Shown: positions 31,768 to 42,784 of the stretch, in pieces
Numbering within the stretch: position 1 is the stretch's first letter
Layout of the letters: each line of letters opens with the position of its first letter
Position numbers and translations under genes: made by a program
NCBI GenBank assembly: GCA_045541255.1
Contig: JAZQIU010000006.1
Coordinates: forward strand, 109,504-173,503
DNA length: 64,000 nt
DNA from: Bacilli bacterium
GTDB taxonomy: Bacteria; Bacillota_I; Bacilli_A; RF39; UBA660
Direction: 5' to 3'
The notes under the pieces: generated by a model
What the model saw: the letters and a program-made list of their open reading frames with translations, nothing else
The model's database searches: none
Told to the model about the DNA's origin: nothing

Positions 31768-32871
31768 ATGAAAAAAATATTAATTATTATAAGTATGTTT
31801 TTATTTTTATGTGGGTGTGGTAAAAGTAGTGAAGAAAATATAGTTAAAAAGTTTCAGCAAAAAATAGAGAAAACAGATTCTTATATATTAAAAGGTAATA
31901 TGGCTATTATTAGTAATGAAGATACTTTTAATTATAATGTTGAAGCTAGTAAGAGTAAGGATGAGTATTATAAAGTTAGTTTGATTAATAAAACTAATGA
32001 TCATGAACAAGTTATATTAAAAAATGCTGAAGGGGTATTTGTTGTAACGCCTGATTTGAATAAAAGTTTTAAATTTCAAAGTGATTGGCCTAACAATGGT
32101 AGTCAATCATATTTATTAGATGTTTTATTAACTGATGTTTTAAATGATGATAATGTTCATGTTGAAAAAGGAGATAGTAAATATATTCAATGTAGAGTTA
32201 ATTATCCAAATAATAATACTTTATATAGCGAGAAAATTTACTTAGATGATGATTATGGTGTTGAAAAAGTAGAGGTTTTGGATCAAGATGGTAATGTTAA
32301 GATAACTTTAGATGTAACTAGTATAAATTATAAGCCTAGTTTCTCAGATGATTATTTTGATTTAGATAATTTAGTTACTGAAGAAACTAAAGAAGAAAAA
32401 GTTGAAGATAATAGTAAACAAGAAGAAAATAAAGAAAGTGATAAAAACACCGATGAGAAGAAAGAAGAAATTGGTAATAATCAAAATGTAGAAGAGAATG
32501 ATACTGCAACTGGTGGAGTTTTAGAAGATATAATATATCCTTTATATGTTCCTCAAAATACTCATTTGAGTACACAAGATACTATTTCAACTGATAATGG
32601 TAATAGAGCAATATTAACTTTTGCAGGAGATAGTCCGTTTGTATTAGTAGAAGAAGTTAGTCAAAGATTTGATGAAATGGAGATTATTCCTGTTAATGGA
32701 GAACCTTTAATGATGTCTGATTCTATAGGAGCTTTAAGTAGCAATTCATTATATTGGACTAGTAATGGAATAGATTATTATATAAGTAGTTCAAGTTTAG
32801 ATAGTAGTGAATTAATGACTATTGCTGAAGGTTTGAGTGGCACTAGTGTAATAGTATCTAGTGAAAAGTAG
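31768..32871 (+). CDS. Lipoprotein (LolA-like / DUF4367-like fold suspected)
   Basis: Signal peptide with lipobox LFLCGCG, plus an acidic low-complexity linker (KEEKVEDNSKQEENKESDKNTDEKKEE). Confidence 0.65.
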   Translation: MKKILIIISMFLFLCGCGKSSEENIVKKFQQKIEKTDSYILKGNMAIISNEDTFNYNVEASKSKDEYYKVSLINKTNDHEQVILKNAEGVFVVTPDLNKSFKFQSDWPNNGSQSYLLDVLLTDVLNDDNVHVEKGDSKYIQCRVNYPNNNTLYSEKIYLDDDYGVEKVEVLDQDGNVKITLDVTSINYKPSFSDDYFDLDNLVTEETKEEKVEDNSKQEENKESDKNTDEKKEEIGNNQNVEENDTATGGVLEDIIYPLYVPQNTHLSTQDTISTDNGNRAILTFAGDSPFVLVEEVSQRFDEMEIIPVNGEPLMMSDSIGALSSNSLYWTSNGIDYYISSSSLDSSELMTIAEGLSGTSVIVSSEK

Positions 32872-32903
32872 ATTATAGTCTACTTTTTTTCATATAATTT
32901 ATT

Positions 32904-33266
32904 ATGAATATACTTAATAATGATTTAAAAAGATTAGATTTTGAAAATATGATATGGATTATATTTATTATTTTAGCAATATTAAATATATCAGGAGATA
33001 ATTTATTAAAAGATTTTATTGTAACAAATAATAAAAGTGAAGAAATGTATGCTAATAAAATATTTCTATTTGTTTTAGTTATAAGTTTGTTTATATATAT
33101 TTATTTTTATATAAGAAATTATAATGTCTTTGAAAAGGCAAGTGAAGAACAAAAAAAATTTTTTGCTATAAAATTATTAGGTAGTGCTTTTTTAATAGCA
33201 GGTGTAATTTGTTTAATTTATTTTCAATATAAGCAAGTAAATTTTGTGGGTAGTCCGGCTATATAG
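32904..33266 (+). CDS. Small membrane protein
   Basis: 120 aa with three hydrophobic helices; no motif recognised. Confidence 0.4.
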   Translation: MNILNNDLKRLDFENMIWIIFIILAILNISGDNLLKDFIVTNNKSEEMYANKIFLFVLVISLFIYIYFYIRNYNVFEKASEEQKKFFAIKLLGSAFLIAGVICLIYFQYKQVNFVGSPAI

Positions 33267-33350
33267 TGTAAAGAGCGTGTTTAATAGATAAATATAAGCG
33301 TTTTTATTGTGCTTTTTGTATTATAATATAGATAATAGGGAGGCATATAT

Positions 33351-34370
33351 ATGAAATGTGTTAAAATCTTTGATACAAAAAAGTTTGAAGTTGTAAAAGA
33401 AGAAGAACCAGTAAGTAAAAATGGTAGTGTAGTTTTTAAGGTAAATGCTTGTGGAATTTGTGGAAGTGATATTCATTATTGGGATAATGGAGAACCTAAA
33501 GGGTTAATAATGGGACATGAATTTTCTGGAACTGTAATTGATCCTGGAAGTAGAAATGACTTAAAAGTAGGAGATAGAATAACAGGGTTACCTATTTCTC
33601 CTTGTGGTGTTTGTCATTCTTGTAAAAGTGGAAATCCTCAATATTGTAAACTTACTTGGTCTAAAGCTGTAGGGTTGGCTTTAACAAATAGTGGAGGCTA
33701 TGCAGAAGTATCTTGTTGTAGAGCTGATATGGTAAAGAAATTACCTGATAATATTACTGATGAAGAAGCTTCTATGGTTGAACCTAGTGCAGTTTCTTTA
33801 CATGCGGTTAACTTAGCTAATATGAAAGGCGGAGAAAACGTTCTTGTTATAGGTGGTGGAATTATTGGTTTAATGTGTGCTGAATTTGCAAAATTAAAAG
33901 GAGCCAAATATGTTGCTTTATTAGAAACCAATGAAATGCGTGGCAAAAAAGCTTTGAATTTTGGTAAAGTAGATGAATTTTATAATGCTATGGATGGAAA
34001 TGTTATCCCTGAATTAGTTCAAAAAACTATAGGTGGTTTTGATGTAGTATTAGAATGTTGTGGAAATGGTCCTGCGGTAAGTGAAGCAATAATGGCTGTA
34101 AAACCTGGAGGTACAATTGTTTTAGTAGGAGTTTCTACTGCACCAATAACAGTACCTTTAGTTATGAGTGTTATGGGAGAAGTTACAATGCAAGGTGCTA
34201 TTGCATACACAGTAAAAGAGTTTGAAGAATGTATTGATTTAATTGCTAATAAACAAATAGATGTTTCAAAATATATAGATGATATTGTTAATTTAGAAGG
34301 AGTACAAAAAGCATTTGAAAGACTTACTAGTGGTAGTGATGATGCTATTAAGATAATAATAAAACCATAA
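33351..34370 (+). CDS. Zinc-dependent alcohol/polyol dehydrogenase (MDR family)
   Basis: Contains the catalytic-zinc motif CGICGSDIH...GHEFSGTV, a structural-zinc Cys cluster (CGVCHSCKSGNPQYC) and a Rossmann GGGIIG. Confidence 0.85.
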   Translation: MKCVKIFDTKKFEVVKEEEPVSKNGSVVFKVNACGICGSDIHYWDNGEPKGLIMGHEFSGTVIDPGSRNDLKVGDRITGLPISPCGVCHSCKSGNPQYCKLTWSKAVGLALTNSGGYAEVSCCRADMVKKLPDNITDEEASMVEPSAVSLHAVNLANMKGGENVLVIGGGIIGLMCAEFAKLKGAKYVALLETNEMRGKKALNFGKVDEFYNAMDGNVIPELVQKTIGGFDVVLECCGNGPAVSEAIMAVKPGGTIVLVGVSTAPITVPLVMSVMGEVTMQGAIAYTVKEFEECIDLIANKQIDVSKYIDDIVNLEGVQKAFERLTSGSDDAIKIIIKP

Positions 34371-34443
34371 AAAGTGTTTAAAAATACACTTTTTTATTTT
34401 AGTTATATAATTTTTATGTTAAAATAACTATTAGGTGGTTATA

Positions 34444-34947
34444 ATGGTAAAAAATTCAAAGAGATTAAAACAAGCAAAGTTTGAAAGTGAAGATGTTGCT
34501 CAAATTAGAAATTTAATTATTATATTTGTTATAGTTGTATTAGTTTGTGTAGGACTTTATTTTTTAACAGATACTATGATTAAAAGAGAAAGTAACAATA
34601 ATGATAATACTACTCAAAAAGTAGAGATAGATTATGATATTGCTACTGTTGGTACTATGTTTAATAGAATTGAAGAAGAATATTATGTTTTAATGTATTC
34701 TAGTGAAAATGATAGTAAATTAGATAGTGTCTTAAATAAATATAGAAGTAGTGATAATTATATTAAAACTTATTTTATTGATTTAGATAAAAAAGTTAAT
34801 AGTTCTGTTTTAGGAGATGAATTAGTTAAGGCTCCTAAAAATAGTAAAGATGTTAAAGTTATAGGAGCTACATTATATAAAATAAAAAAAGGTAGCGTTA
34901 TTAAATGTTATAGTGGTATAGATGAAATAACTAATGTTTTGAGTTAG
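34444..34947 (+). CDS. Hypothetical membrane-anchored protein
   Basis: About 167 aa with one TM helix; no motif recognised. Confidence 0.4.
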   Translation: MVKNSKRLKQAKFESEDVAQIRNLIIIFVIVVLVCVGLYFLTDTMIKRESNNNDNTTQKVEIDYDIATVGTMFNRIEEEYYVLMYSSENDSKLDSVLNKYRSSDNYIKTYFIDLDKKVNSSVLGDELVKAPKNSKDVKVIGATLYKIKKGSVIKCYSGIDEITNVLS

Positions 34948-35076
34948 TTATTTTTTTGTGTGATTTGACTTTTGGATAAAAATATGGTAAACTTTACTTA
35001 TCAATTGGGGGATTGGTTAGTTTATACAATATCTTTATCTTCCTTTTGGGAAGTTTTTTAATTAGGGGGAAAAATT

Positions 35077-35583
35077 ATGGGTTATTATACTAGAGAAGGA
35101 TTTAAAAAATTAAGAAATAGTTTAGATGAAACGAGAATTGAGTATGAACAAAGTTTAAGAAGATTAGGTGATGTAGAAAAAGATAATAATTTATCTGAAA
35201 GTACTGAATTTATTCAAGAACGTTTTAAAATAACTTATTCTTATAGTGCTGAAAGAAGTAAAATAATAGAAAATTTAAATAATGCTGTTATCATTGAAGA
35301 TACTGAAGAATATAAAAATTGGGATGGACAAACTATTTCTAGAAAATGTGAAGTAACTGTAGATTATAATGGAACTGAAGTTACTTATAAAATATTAGGT
35401 GAAAACGAAGCTGATATAGATAATGATGTTTTATCTTGTAGTGCTCCAATAGTTCTTTCTATGTTAGGTCATAGAGTTGGAGAGTTTATCGATTTTAATG
35501 GTAATACTATTTATGTTGAAAATATAAGACGTATTAATGATGATTTAACACAAGAAAAAGTTTATACTAAAAGTTCGAGATAA
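35077..35583 (+). CDS. GreA/GreB-family-like protein
   Basis: An N-terminal coiled-coil-like region and a C-terminal LSCSAPIVLSMLGHRVGEFIDF...IYVENI resembling the GreA C-terminal domain pattern (S-P-x-A-L-G-x-x-x-G-D). Confidence 0.5.
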   Translation: MGYYTREGFKKLRNSLDETRIEYEQSLRRLGDVEKDNNLSESTEFIQERFKITYSYSAERSKIIENLNNAVIIEDTEEYKNWDGQTISRKCEVTVDYNGTEVTYKILGENEADIDNDVLSCSAPIVLSMLGHRVGEFIDFNGNTIYVENIRRINDDLTQEKVYTKSSR

Positions 35584-35646
35584 TATTTAATTATATTATC
35601 TTTTTTTTATTTTATAATTATGATAAAATTACTTTGGAGATAATTT

Positions 35647-36837
35647 ATGAAAAAAAATATAAGATTAAACTTTATACAATTAGCTATTATAGTTTCAATA
35701 CCTACATTAATTATGTCTATTATAAGTGGTTCGTTAATTTATAATAGGTTAAATAGTGGTAAAGTAACAACTACTAATAATAAATATGTAAATGAATTTA
35801 TAAGTACTTATAATAAATTATTAGATGAGTATTATGAAGATTTAGATGAAAATAAATTGGTAGATGCTGCAATTAATGGTATGCTTTCGTATACTGGAGA
35901 TGATTATACTATTTATATGAATGAAGATGCTACCGAATCTTTAAACGAAAAGTTAGAAGGTACTTATGAAGGTGTAGGTATAAGAATAAGTTTGAATGAT
36001 AATAATGAAATATATATTTATGAAATATTTGATAATTCACCTGCTAAAACCGCTGGAATGCTAGTTGGAGATATTTTATTATCAATAAATGGTAAAGAAT
36101 TAGTAGGTAAATCAACAGAAGAAGCTTCTTTGATAATACAAAACAGTAAAGATACTAAGTTTGTTATTGGGGTAAAACGTAATGGAGAAATATTATCTTT
36201 TGAGGTTGAAAGAAAAACATTAATAGTACCTGCTATAAGTAGTTCAATAAAAGAAATAAATGGTAGAAAAATAGGTTATATTTATTTAGAAACTTTTTCG
36301 AATACTCTTGATACACAAGTTGAGTCTACTTTGTTGAGTATGGAAAGTGCTGGTATTGAATCTTTAATTATAGATGTAAGATATAATACTGGTGGATATT
36401 TATCTAGTTGTACAAATATAATAGAGTTATTTTTAGAAAAAGATAAGTTAATGTACACAATAAAATCTAAGAAAGATAGTACTGATTATAAAGATACTAC
36501 TGATACAAAAAGAAATTATCCAATTGTTGTTTTAATAAATGGAAGTAGTGCAAGTGCAAGTGAAATTTTAGCTAGTTCTTTGAAGTATAGTTATGGTGCT
36601 ACTATTGTTGGTACTAAAAGTTATGGAAAAGGTAAAGTTCAAACTACTGGTACTTTAGAAGATGGAACAATGATTAAGTATACATCTGCTCGTTGGTTTA
36701 TGCCAAATGGTGAGTGTTTAGATGAAAAAGGTTTAGAACCTGATATAAAAGTAGATTTAAGTGAAGAATATATAAAAAATCCAATAGAGGAAAATGATAA
36801 TCAACTAAATGAAGCTTTAAAAATATTGTCAAATTAG
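35647..36837 (+). CDS. S41 family C-terminal processing peptidase with PDZ domain
   Basis: N-terminal TM, PDZ (SPAKTAGMLVGDILLSINGKEL), and a catalytic region with DVRYNTGG and INGSSASASEILASSLK. Confidence 0.85.
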   Translation: MKKNIRLNFIQLAIIVSIPTLIMSIISGSLIYNRLNSGKVTTTNNKYVNEFISTYNKLLDEYYEDLDENKLVDAAINGMLSYTGDDYTIYMNEDATESLNEKLEGTYEGVGIRISLNDNNEIYIYEIFDNSPAKTAGMLVGDILLSINGKELVGKSTEEASLIIQNSKDTKFVIGVKRNGEILSFEVERKTLIVPAISSSIKEINGRKIGYIYLETFSNTLDTQVESTLLSMESAGIESLIIDVRYNTGGYLSSCTNIIELFLEKDKLMYTIKSKKDSTDYKDTTDTKRNYPIVVLINGSSASASEILASSLKYSYGATIVGTKSYGKGKVQTTGTLEDGTMIKYTSARWFMPNGECLDEKGLEPDIKVDLSEEYIKNPIEENDNQLNEALKILSN

Positions 36838-36859
36838 TTTTCGACAATATTTTTCTTTT
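36823..36859 (+). terminator. Terminator after the ctp-like gene
   Basis: 8-bp stem atattgtc / gacaatat spanning the stop codon, followed by a T-rich run. Confidence 0.45.
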
Positions 36860-36963
36860 GTTGACAAATCTTTACAACACTTTACAAAATATTTTCTTTC
36901 TATTTGTCGTTTACTATACTATAATTAGATTGCGTGCAGTAATTAGAGGAGAGAAAAATAATT

Positions 36964-37713
36964 ATGAAAAATAAAATACGTGTAGTACTTGTTGATTTAG
37001 ATAATGAACAACTTAGAAGTATTGAGAAGTATTTTAGTAATCACGCAGTAATTGATATTGTTAGAACTTATAATGATGGTTTAAGTGCTATAAATTATAT
37101 TAAAGAAAATAGTAATAAATTTGATTTAGTTATAATGGATTTATTATTATCTAATAAAGATGGTTTAAGTATTATTAAAGATATGAGGGATAATGATATT
37201 AATAAAAATATAATAGTTTTAACAGGATATAATTCATTAGATATAATTAAACAAGTTAGTTTATATAATATAAATTATTTTATGTTAAAACCATTTGATT
37301 TAAAAGATTTAGAATATCAAGTATTAAATATAAGAGAAAATCAATCTTGTATAGTTGATAGAAATAAAGAGTTGCAAACTAATATTACGAGCTTGTTACA
37401 TTCTTTAGGAGTACCTTCGCATATAAAAGGATACGAATATATACGAGAAGGCATAGGATTAATGTATAATAATCCTAAAATGTTAGGCGCTATAACAAAA
37501 GAAATGTATCCAGAAATAGCTGTAAAATATAATACTACAAGTAGTCGTGTTGAACGTGCTATTAGACATGCAATTGAAGTAAGTTGGTCTAGAGGAGATT
37601 ATGATTTAATGGAAGAAGTTTTTGGTCATAGTGTTGATTATGATAGAGCTAAACCAACTAATTCAGAGTTTATAGCTACTTTAGCAGATAAATTAAGATT
37701 AGAAACAAGATAG
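36964..37713 (+). CDS. spo0A: Sporulation master regulator Spo0A
   Basis: Receiver domain (DLVIMDLLL with the Asp pocket) plus the diagnostic Spo0A C-terminal domain ([13 protein letters not shown]..., [18 protein letters not shown]). Confidence 0.9.
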   Translation: MKNKIRVVLVDLDNEQLRSIEKYFSNHAVIDIVRTYNDGLSAINYIKENSNKFDLVIMDLLLSNKDGLSIIKDMRDNDINKNIIVLTGYNSLDIIKQVSLYNINYFMLKPFDLKDLEYQVLNIRENQSCIVDRNKELQTNITSLLHSLGVPSHIKGYEYIREGIGLMYNNPKMLGAITKEMYPEIAVKYNTTSSRVERAIRHAIEVSWSRGDYDLMEEVFGHSVDYDRAKPTNSEFIATLADKLRLETR

Positions 37714-37773
37714 TGAATAAAATATAAATTTTATCCTCATTATAATCATAAGATTTATAAGGAGGATTTTTTA

Positions 37774-39633
37774 ATGGATAAAAATAGTAAGGATTGTGTG
37801 AAAGAGTATTTAAAGTTAGCAGAAAGAGAAATGTTAAAATTAAATCATCCATATGTAGGTAGTGAACATTTGATTTTAGCACTATTAAAAAATAAAGATA
37901 TTATAGGCGTTTGTGAACCGTATGATTTATCATATGAATTATTTAAAAATGAATTGATTAATATAATTGGTACATCAAATGTAAAGTCTACAACTATTTT
38001 ACATACTCCTTTATTGAAAAGTATAATTAATGATGCTAAAACTGATGCTTATGAAAATAATAAAGGTATTGTAACTCCTAAACATTTAATGATAAGTGTA
38101 TTAGAAAGTGGAGATGGTATAGGTGTTAGAATTCTTATTAGTTTGGGTATTGATTTAGAAAGTATATACAAAGATTTAAAAAGAGAATTTAATCCCTTAT
38201 TAAATACGTTAAATAAATATGGTTATGATATGTCTATTAACGATACTAATTTGGCAGGTAGAGAAAATGAATTAGAACAAATAATTGAGATATTATTAAG
38301 AAAGAACAAAAATAATCCTTTATTAGTTGGAGAAGCTGGTGTTGGTAAAACAGCATTAGTAGAAGCATTGGCTACTAAGATTAATAACGACAATTATTTA
38401 GAATTAAAAGGTTATAAAATTTTTAATTTAGATATGTCTTTATTATTAGCTGGCAGTAAATATAGAGGAGATTTTGAAGAACGATTAAATTCTGTTATAA
38501 AAGAAGTTATTGATAATGGAAAAATTATTCTTTTTATAGATGAGATACATACGATAATAAATGCTGGAGGTAGTGAAGGTGCTATTGATGCAGCAAATAT
38601 TTTAAAACCTTATTTGTCTAAAGGTGATTTAAAAATTATTGGTGCTACAACTACACATGAATATGATAAATATATTTCTAAAGATAAAGCTTTAGTAAGA
38701 AGGTTTGATGTTGTAAGTATTTCAGAACCTAATTTAGAAATGGTAAAAGATATTTTATATAAGATAAAAGATAATTATAAAAAATATCATAATATTAATA
38801 TAACTAAAAATAATTTAGATATGATTATAGAATATTCTAATAAATTTATTTTTGATAAAAAAAATCCAGATAAAACTATAGATGTTTTGGATAGTGTATG
38901 TTCATTAGTAAGAAATAGTGGTAAAAGAACAATAACAAGAAGTGATGTTGAATGTGTAATTGGTAGAAAAATAAATAGAAAATTAAAAATAGATAAAGAA
39001 GTAATTTTAAATAATTTACTAAAAAAGGTTTATGGACAAAAAGATGCTATTAGTAATATATTAAATATTTTAGAATGTGAGGGTTTTAAAAGTATTTTAT
39101 TGTTAGGTGGAATTGGAGTTGGAAAAACTTTAAGTGTAAAAGAAATTAGTAGAGAGTTAGGCATGAATTTAATTCATATAGATATGAGTGAATATTCAAA
39201 TTATTATAGTATTAATAGTTTTTATAGCGGAGAAAATAGTTTATATAGTAAGTTAAAAAATAATAGTATTATTTTATTTGATAATATAGAAAAGTGTAAT
39301 ATAAATATTTTAAATATGTTAATGAAGATAATAGATGATAAAAAAATAAAAGATAAAGTTTTAAATAATTGTATAATATTTTTAAGTGCTACTAATAAAG
39401 TTAAATATAATATAGGTTTTAGTAGATGTATTGATAGTATTTATTATGATAAAAAAGAAATTTTAGATAGTGTTGATTATGTTGTTAAATTTGCTGATAT
39501 TTGTGAAGAAGATGTTAATGAATATATCATTTCTAATGGAGTAAAGAATTTTGATATATCAATGTGTGACTATAAGAATTATGGGTTTAGGGGTGTTAAA
39601 ATAAGTTTAAATAGTAAGAATATAATTAAATAA
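37774..39633 (+). CDS. ClpC/ClpA-like AAA+ ATPase with degenerate second module
   Basis: Clp_N repeats (HPYVGSEHLILALLK; TPKHLMISVLE) and a D1 Walker A GEAGVGKTA with Walker B ILFIDEIH. The C-terminal module is short, with only GGIGVGKT and no clear Walker B or sensor motifs. Confidence 0.65.
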   Translation: MDKNSKDCVKEYLKLAEREMLKLNHPYVGSEHLILALLKNKDIIGVCEPYDLSYELFKNELINIIGTSNVKSTTILHTPLLKSIINDAKTDAYENNKGIVTPKHLMISVLESGDGIGVRILISLGIDLESIYKDLKREFNPLLNTLNKYGYDMSINDTNLAGRENELEQIIEILLRKNKNNPLLVGEAGVGKTALVEALATKINNDNYLELKGYKIFNLDMSLLLAGSKYRGDFEERLNSVIKEVIDNGKIILFIDEIHTIINAGGSEGAIDAANILKPYLSKGDLKIIGATTTHEYDKYISKDKALVRRFDVVSISEPNLEMVKDILYKIKDNYKKYHNINITKNNLDMIIEYSNKFIFDKKNPDKTIDVLDSVCSLVRNSGKRTITRSDVECVIGRKINRKLKIDKEVILNNLLKKVYGQKDAISNILNILECEGFKSILLLGGIGVGKTLSVKEISRELGMNLIHIDMSEYSNYYSINSFYSGENSLYSKLKNNSIILFDNIEKCNINILNMLMKIIDDKKIKDKVLNNCIIFLSATNKVKYNIGFSRCIDSIYYDKKEILDSVDYVVKFADICEEDVNEYIISNGVKNFDISMCDYKNYGFRGVKISLNSKNIIK

Positions 39634-39699
39634 CTCTTTTGGGTTATTTTTATTTTATTTTTTTATTATTTATTATATAATATTGCTCGGTGACTTTTT

Positions 39700-39945
39700 A
39701 TGAAAGATTATATTTATATATATGATGACAATAATAATAAATTAAAGATGGAAGTAGTTTTAAAATTTAATATAGATGGTTATAAATATAATTATATTAT
39801 TTATAAAGATGAAAAAGATTATTTTGTTGCTAAATATGTTGGTGGTAATATAGTTGATTTAAATACAGATTTAAGTAAGAGGGAAATTAAGTTTTGTGAA
39901 AAAATGTTAGAAAGGTTTATAAAAAATGAAACTGAAAGTAAATAA
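39700..39945 (+). CDS. DUF1292-like small protein
   Basis: 81 aa; the pattern DDNNNKLKMEVVLKFNIDGYKYNYIIY...YFVAKY resembles DUF1292 proteins. Confidence 0.45.
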   Translation: MKDYIYIYDDNNNKLKMEVVLKFNIDGYKYNYIIYKDEKDYFVAKYVGGNIVDLNTDLSKREIKFCEKMLERFIKNETESK

Positions 39946-41338
39946 GAAACATAAAAAAGCTGATGTTAGTAAAATGAGTTTTGGGAAAAAGGTTGGATTA
40001 ACATTAGGTGGATTTGGTATTGTGGCATTTCTATTTTCTGGATGTTGTTTTCAATGTTTTATACCTTGGACAACTGATATTCCTCATACTTATGAATATG
40101 CTGTTCGTCAGTCAAAAGAACCAATTTGTATATATGATGAAGATTTAGAAAAATTAACAGAATTAGAATTACAAGTAAAAAAACGGAAAGATCTTTCGTG
40201 GTTAAATAAATGTAAAAATTTACAAGAGTTAACTTTAATTTTTGATAAAGATAATGTTGATACAACTTGTTTGAAAGATATTAAAAAATTAGAAAAATTA
40301 AAGTGTGTGATAATAAAATCTAGTACAGATGATATTATATTTGATTCTAATAGTTTTTCATTTTTGATTAAAGATAAAATAAGTAGATTAACATTAGATG
40401 GTGTTTGCATAGATGATGACTTTTTAGAGGAATTTATTAATTTGAAATATCTTTCTATTTCAGAAAACTTCTTTAATACTTGTATAGATTTTTCTAAATT
40501 TTCTAAGTTAGAAGTATTAGATTTAGGTAATAATCAACCATATAATATTGCTATGTTTTTGAATAATGATAGTTGTAAACATATTTTTTATGATAAAAAT
40601 ATTAAAGTTTTATATAATTCTGATGAAGAGTTTGATTTAAAGGAAATCTGTACTAATTTTAAACTTTCAGTATCTGATTTTGGAAATAAATCTTTAAGTG
40701 ATAGGGCAAAATTAGATTTAGTTTTAACTCAAGTTTTAAACTATCTTGATTATGATCCAAATTTAGATGAAATTGAAGAACAAGGTAAAAAGGCTTTTCA
40801 TAATAGATATTATAAAGAAGGGAAATTATATGGAGCTTTAGAATTTCCAGAAGATAATTATGGTAAAGCAATTTGTGGTAATTATGCAGCTTTATTTACA
40901 GCTTTGGCTAATAGAATTGGATTGGAAGCTTACTATATAACTGGTGTGGGGCATGCTTTTAATTTAGTTAAAATTGATGGGGAGTATTATTATACAGATC
41001 CTACATGGTTAGATGGAAAAACTTATAATGATGGTAATATAAAAGTATTAGCTATGGATGCTTTGTTGGATGGGGATGGTGATAAATTAGAATGGTATTT
41101 AGAAGATCCAAATGTGTATCATGATGATTCTCATGTACCTATTGATATACCTTATAATGTACCTTATAATGTTGAAATTAAAGAGATAAAAACAAAAGAA
41201 GAGATAATTGCATATTGTTTACTTATAGGTGGATGTATTGTTTTGATATTTGGAATGTGTTATTTATCTAAAATTCTTTTAAGTGAAGAACCAGAAAAGT
41301 CTAAAACAAAAGTTTTAAAACCGGAAAAAGAAAACTAA
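39926..41338 (+). CDS. Membrane-anchored leucine-rich-repeat / transglutaminase-like protein
   Basis: N-terminal TM and LRR-like segments (LQELTLIF, LSISENFF, LEVLDLGNN). A transglutaminase-core-like Cys-His-Asp is present (AICGNYAALF...GHAFNLVKIDGEYYYTDPTW), followed by a C-terminal TM. Confidence 0.6.
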   Translation: MKLKVNKKHKKADVSKMSFGKKVGLTLGGFGIVAFLFSGCCFQCFIPWTTDIPHTYEYAVRQSKEPICIYDEDLEKLTELELQVKKRKDLSWLNKCKNLQELTLIFDKDNVDTTCLKDIKKLEKLKCVIIKSSTDDIIFDSNSFSFLIKDKISRLTLDGVCIDDDFLEEFINLKYLSISENFFNTCIDFSKFSKLEVLDLGNNQPYNIAMFLNNDSCKHIFYDKNIKVLYNSDEEFDLKEICTNFKLSVSDFGNKSLSDRAKLDLVLTQVLNYLDYDPNLDEIEEQGKKAFHNRYYKEGKLYGALEFPEDNYGKAICGNYAALFTALANRIGLEAYYITGVGHAFNLVKIDGEYYYTDPTWLDGKTYNDGNIKVLAMDALLDGDGDKLEWYLEDPNVYHDDSHVPIDIPYNVPYNVEIKEIKTKEEIIAYCLLIGGCIVLIFGMCYLSKILLSEEPEKSKTKVLKPEKEN

Positions 41339-41392
41339 TATCTATTAGTTTTTTTTAATTTGTGGTAATATAATTATTAAGGGAGTGGTATT

Positions 41393-42784
41393 ATGAAATT
41401 TTATAATACATTAACTAGAAAAGTTGAAGAGTTTGTTCCTAGAAATAAAGATAGTGTTACAATGTATACTTGTGGACCAACTGTTTATCATTATGCTCAT
41501 ATAGGAAATTTAAGAACTTATATAATGGAAGATGTTTTAGAAAAAACTTTAAATTATATTGGTTATAATGTTAAGAGAGTAATGAATATAACTGATGTAG
41601 GACATTTGAGTAGTGATGCAGACACTGGTGAAGATAAAATGCTTAAGGGAGCAAAAAGAGAAAATAAAACAGTTCTTGAAATAGCAGAATATTATACAAA
41701 TGAATTTAAAAATGATGCTCAAAAATTAAATATTAAGTGGCCTGAAATAGTTATTCCGGCAACTAGTTTGATAGAAGATTACATTAAGTTTATTGAAAAA
41801 TTAGAGAAAGATGGTTATGCATATTTTAAAAATGGTAATGTTTATTTTGATACATCTAAATTGAATGATTATTATGTTTTAACTAATCATACTGAAGATT
41901 CTTTAATGAGTGCAGTTAGAGAAGATGTAGAATTAGATGAAAATAAGAAAAATAAAACTGACTTTGTTTTATGGTTTACTAAGTCTAAGTTTGATAGTCA
42001 AGAGTTGAAGTGGGATTCTCCTTGGGGCGTCGGGTATCCTGGATGGCATATTGAATGTTCTTGTATTTCTTTGAAATATTTAGGTGAGTATTTAGATATA
42101 CATTGTGGTGGTGTTGATAATATTTTTCCACATCATACAAACGAAATTGCTCAAACTGAAAGTTTTATAGGACACAAATGGTGTAATTATTGGTTTCATC
42201 CAGAACATTTAAATGATGCAACCGGTAAAATGAGTAAAAGTAAAGGTGAATTTTTAACTGTTTCATTATTAGAAACTAAAGGATATAATCCTCTCGCTTA
42301 TAGATTATTTTGTTTGCAATCACATTATCATAAACAATTAGTATTCAGTTATGAAAATATGGATATTGCTGAAAATGCTTATAAAAAATTAAAAAATAAA
42401 ATTAGTTCTATTACATCTGAAGGTGAATTAGATAAAGAAATTTTTGACAAATATAATAGTAAATTTATTGAAAGTTTAAGTAATGATTTAAATACTGCAA
42501 ATGCTATTACTGTTTTATATGATGTTTTAAAAGATGACATTAATGGTACAACTAAGTTAGAACTTATTAAATCGTTTGATAAAGTATTAAGTTTAAATTT
42601 GATTCAAGAAAATGAATTAAGTGATAAACATGAGTATATTATGTTAAAAATTGAAGAAAGAAAAGTTGCTAAAATGAATAAAGATTTTATTTTGGCAGAT
42701 ACTATAAGAGAAGAATTAGCTAATGAAGGTATTATATTAGTTGATACAAGAGAAGGAACAACATATAAATTGGAGGAAAAATAA
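41393..42784 (+). CDS. cysS: Cysteine--tRNA ligase
   Basis: Class I motifs HIGN (YAHIGNLR) and KMSKS, plus zinc-binding Cys residues (TCGPT, HIECSC). Confidence 0.95.
   Translation: MKFYNTLTRKVEEFVPRNKDSVTMYTCGPTVYHYAHIGNLRTYIMEDVLEKTLNYIGYNVKRVMNITDVGHLSSDADTGEDKMLKGAKRENKTVLEIAEYYTNEFKNDAQKLNIKWPEIVIPATSLIEDYIKFIEKLEKDGYAYFKNGNVYFDTSKLNDYYVLTNHTEDSLMSAVREDVELDENKKNKTDFVLWFTKSKFDSQELKWDSPWGVGYPGWHIECSCISLKYLGEYLDIHCGGVDNIFPHHTNEIAQTESFIGHKWCNYWFHPEHLNDATGKMSKSKGEFLTVSLLETKGYNPLAYRLFCLQSHYHKQLVFSYENMDIAENAYKKLKNKISSITSEGELDKEIFDKYNSKFIESLSNDLNTANAITVLYDVLKDDINGTTKLELIKSFDKVLSLNLIQENELSDKHEYIMLKIEERKVAKMNKDFILADTIREELANEGIILVDTREGTTYKLEEK

Noticed and set aside
36840-36911. Spo0A boxes upstream of spo0A (TTCGACA at 36840-36846, which is TGTCGAA on the other strand; TGTCGTT at 36905-36911)
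   Set aside because: The perfect box lies inside the 3' arm region of the upstream gene's terminator hairpin, and such 7-mers are expected by chance in AT-rich DNA. It is plausible autoregulation but is not supportable from sequence alone.
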